Shown one piece after another: positions 62,041 through 64,000 of a stretch of DNA of 64,000 bases. Origin of the DNA: Chrysomallon squamiferum. Its lineage: Eukaryota > Animalia > Mollusca. Location of the stretch: assembly GCA_012295275.1 (NCBI GenBank), contig CM022675.1, positions 1,116,001 through 1,180,000 on the forward strand, in the 5' to 3' direction. Below the pieces are notes generated by a model. That model made no database searches, had not been told where the DNA came from, and worked only from the letters and a program-made list of their open reading frames with translations. The first letter of the stretch is position 1; every line of letters begins with the position of its first letter. A program made the translations under genes and the position numbers.

Positions 62041-63227
62041 CGTAATTTTTTTAATCGACTATAAATAATTATTTCCACATGCACAAACCACATCACTTCT
62101 GTAACACAGCGGGGCGCTGTTTGGGATTTGTTTTTCAGTAATTCATCTGACGGTGTAAATTAAATCACTGACGAGATTTATTCCGTAATTGAAACGTCAT
62201 TGATACGCGCCCTGCGCAGCTGGGTATCTACGTCACGTTAAAACTGACGGCGGCCATGATGGTTCCAACGGAAGTGTAACTCTCCCGCGGAGAAAGGAAT
62301 GAAAATCGTGATTGTCAATTAGGATGTGAAGCGCAGATGTCAAAGTAGCACGTGCTTTACGTGTTTCAGTCTATTAATGGATAATAAACACAAATATGTA
62401 CAAATGGTTATGTCGGTGTGTGTGTGTGTGTGGGGGTAAATTACTGAAGATCGGGAGGTAGAAGGTTCGAGTCTCGAGGCCTCTTGGAAAATTTCGTAAA
62501 TTTGTAGAAAGTAAAATCTAGCATGTTACTGACAAATTCATATTGTTATTATTATTATAGTATTTATTGTTGTTATTGTTATTCTAGCTGTAGTAACATA
62601 AATTGTATTTGTCAAAGGTAAAGATAGAGAGAGAGTGAGAGAGAGAGAAGAAGAAGAAGAAGAAGAAATTAAAGACATTGCTTTTTTTTAATGCAAATTT
62701 CAGCTATTAAATAATTAATACAAAACGTCTATTCAATGAATTATTACCCCAACAGAATAAATGAATAAATAAATGAATGAATGAATGAATGAAAATCCCA
62801 AACGAAAGTTCCAAAGTTAAAAGTTAATGCATGAAGTGAAAAACGTTTCGGAAACATCTTGAAACTGCCGAATGTATGTCAAACTCTCGAGACCACGCCT
62901 CTAAAACAATAGCCACTCCCACTTGAGCAGTTCTTGTGATGTTTTGTAATAAGAGGATTGTTGAAATGGTTTTCTCAGTCTAAGACGGGCGCGAGGCTAT
63001 TAAGCACGTGCTCGTAAAACGCAGACCAAACAAATGGCGGCAATGACTGAAAACGATCACTTGAGACTGGCTAGTTTGCACAACAACGTTTACTTCGAGG
63101 CTGCCTCGCTCTCGTGTTACGTAACAAGATGTGACGTCGTTCTGTTTACAGTGACGACATTTGCATGATTTAACATAACAATCGGATTCCCGTCTTTATA
63201 TATTTATTTATTTTCTTTCTTTAAAGA

Positions 63228-63309
<82 letters not shown>

Positions 63310-63860
63310 CAATCATTACTTTAGTATATTCTTTCTTGTTTTTCTTTTTTTTCTTTTATTATAGATTCTCACATTTTATTTTTACATAAATGCATATTTC
63401 AAAACTTTTTAAAACCCACTATTATCGTCATCATCATAATAGTAGTTGACTCTTAGTATTATTTATTTATTTATTTATTTACTTATTTTTGTTTTTGTTT
63501 GTTTGTTTGTTTATATGTTCTTTAAAATTGTTACTATTTAATTGTGCTATTTTCATTCCACACATTCTAATGCTTGAAAAAATCATTATCAGTTTTAATA
63601 CATTGTTTATATTTTATTTTATTTAATTAATTAATTAATTTATTTAATAAAATTTGGTCACATTATTTTATTTGGAAGAATAAACAGAAAAATCAAGAAA
63701 AGAAAAAAGATATGAAAAAATTAACAATAAAAAATAAATTAAAACTAAAATGTTTCTAAAAAGATAAATTATTAATCCTCTCATCATCATATTATCATTA
63801 TCGTCATTACCATTTTTATATTTTTATTATTAGTAATATTACTGTCATTATTACTATTAC

Positions 63861-63891
<31 letters not shown>

Positions 63892-64000
63892 CTAGTACTA
63901 TTATTATACTAGTACTATATTTCTTTTAGAATATTTCTGTTTGTTACTGTTTAATAATAATAAACAAAACAAAACAATGTAGAAAAATGAAGACTATTTT

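Noticed and set aside
62440-62490. tRNA gene
   Set aside because: Only a B-box/T-arm-like piece is present; I cannot build an acceptor stem or D-arm.

Overview
This is AT-rich, microsatellite-saturated eukaryotic DNA. The gene content and protein sequences suggest a lophotrochozoan, probably a mollusc (inference, not verified). Almost all ORFs in the supplied track are microsatellite artefacts. Manual splicing (GT-AG, consistent phases) yields five protein-coding genes. (1-2) Two divergently oriented paralogous genes encode small secreted precursors that share a 4-Cys motif CxYLC-x(4-5)-CPPGCxxAD(V/I)IDW after a dibasic site (minus strand 3789-4900; plus strand 14535-16674). I do not recognise the family. 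(3) A 15-exon minus-strand gene (22453-33066, about 1285 aa) encodes a type I membrane protein: signal peptide, FAMeT/Methyltransf_FA-like domain, 5 cadherin repeats, Thr/Pro stalk, SEA-like domain, TM helix and a long cytoplasmic tail. (4) Head-to-head with it lies a full-length MyD88 (35567-40649, 436 aa; death domain, TIR, Ser-rich/basic C-terminal extension). (5) Directly downstream is a tandem MyD88 paralog reduced to the TIR domain (45613-47853, 153 aa), with its own promoter-like CpG patch. The 48-64 kb region has no convincing exons, only CpG-retaining non-coding islands, SINE-like remnants and simple repeats.
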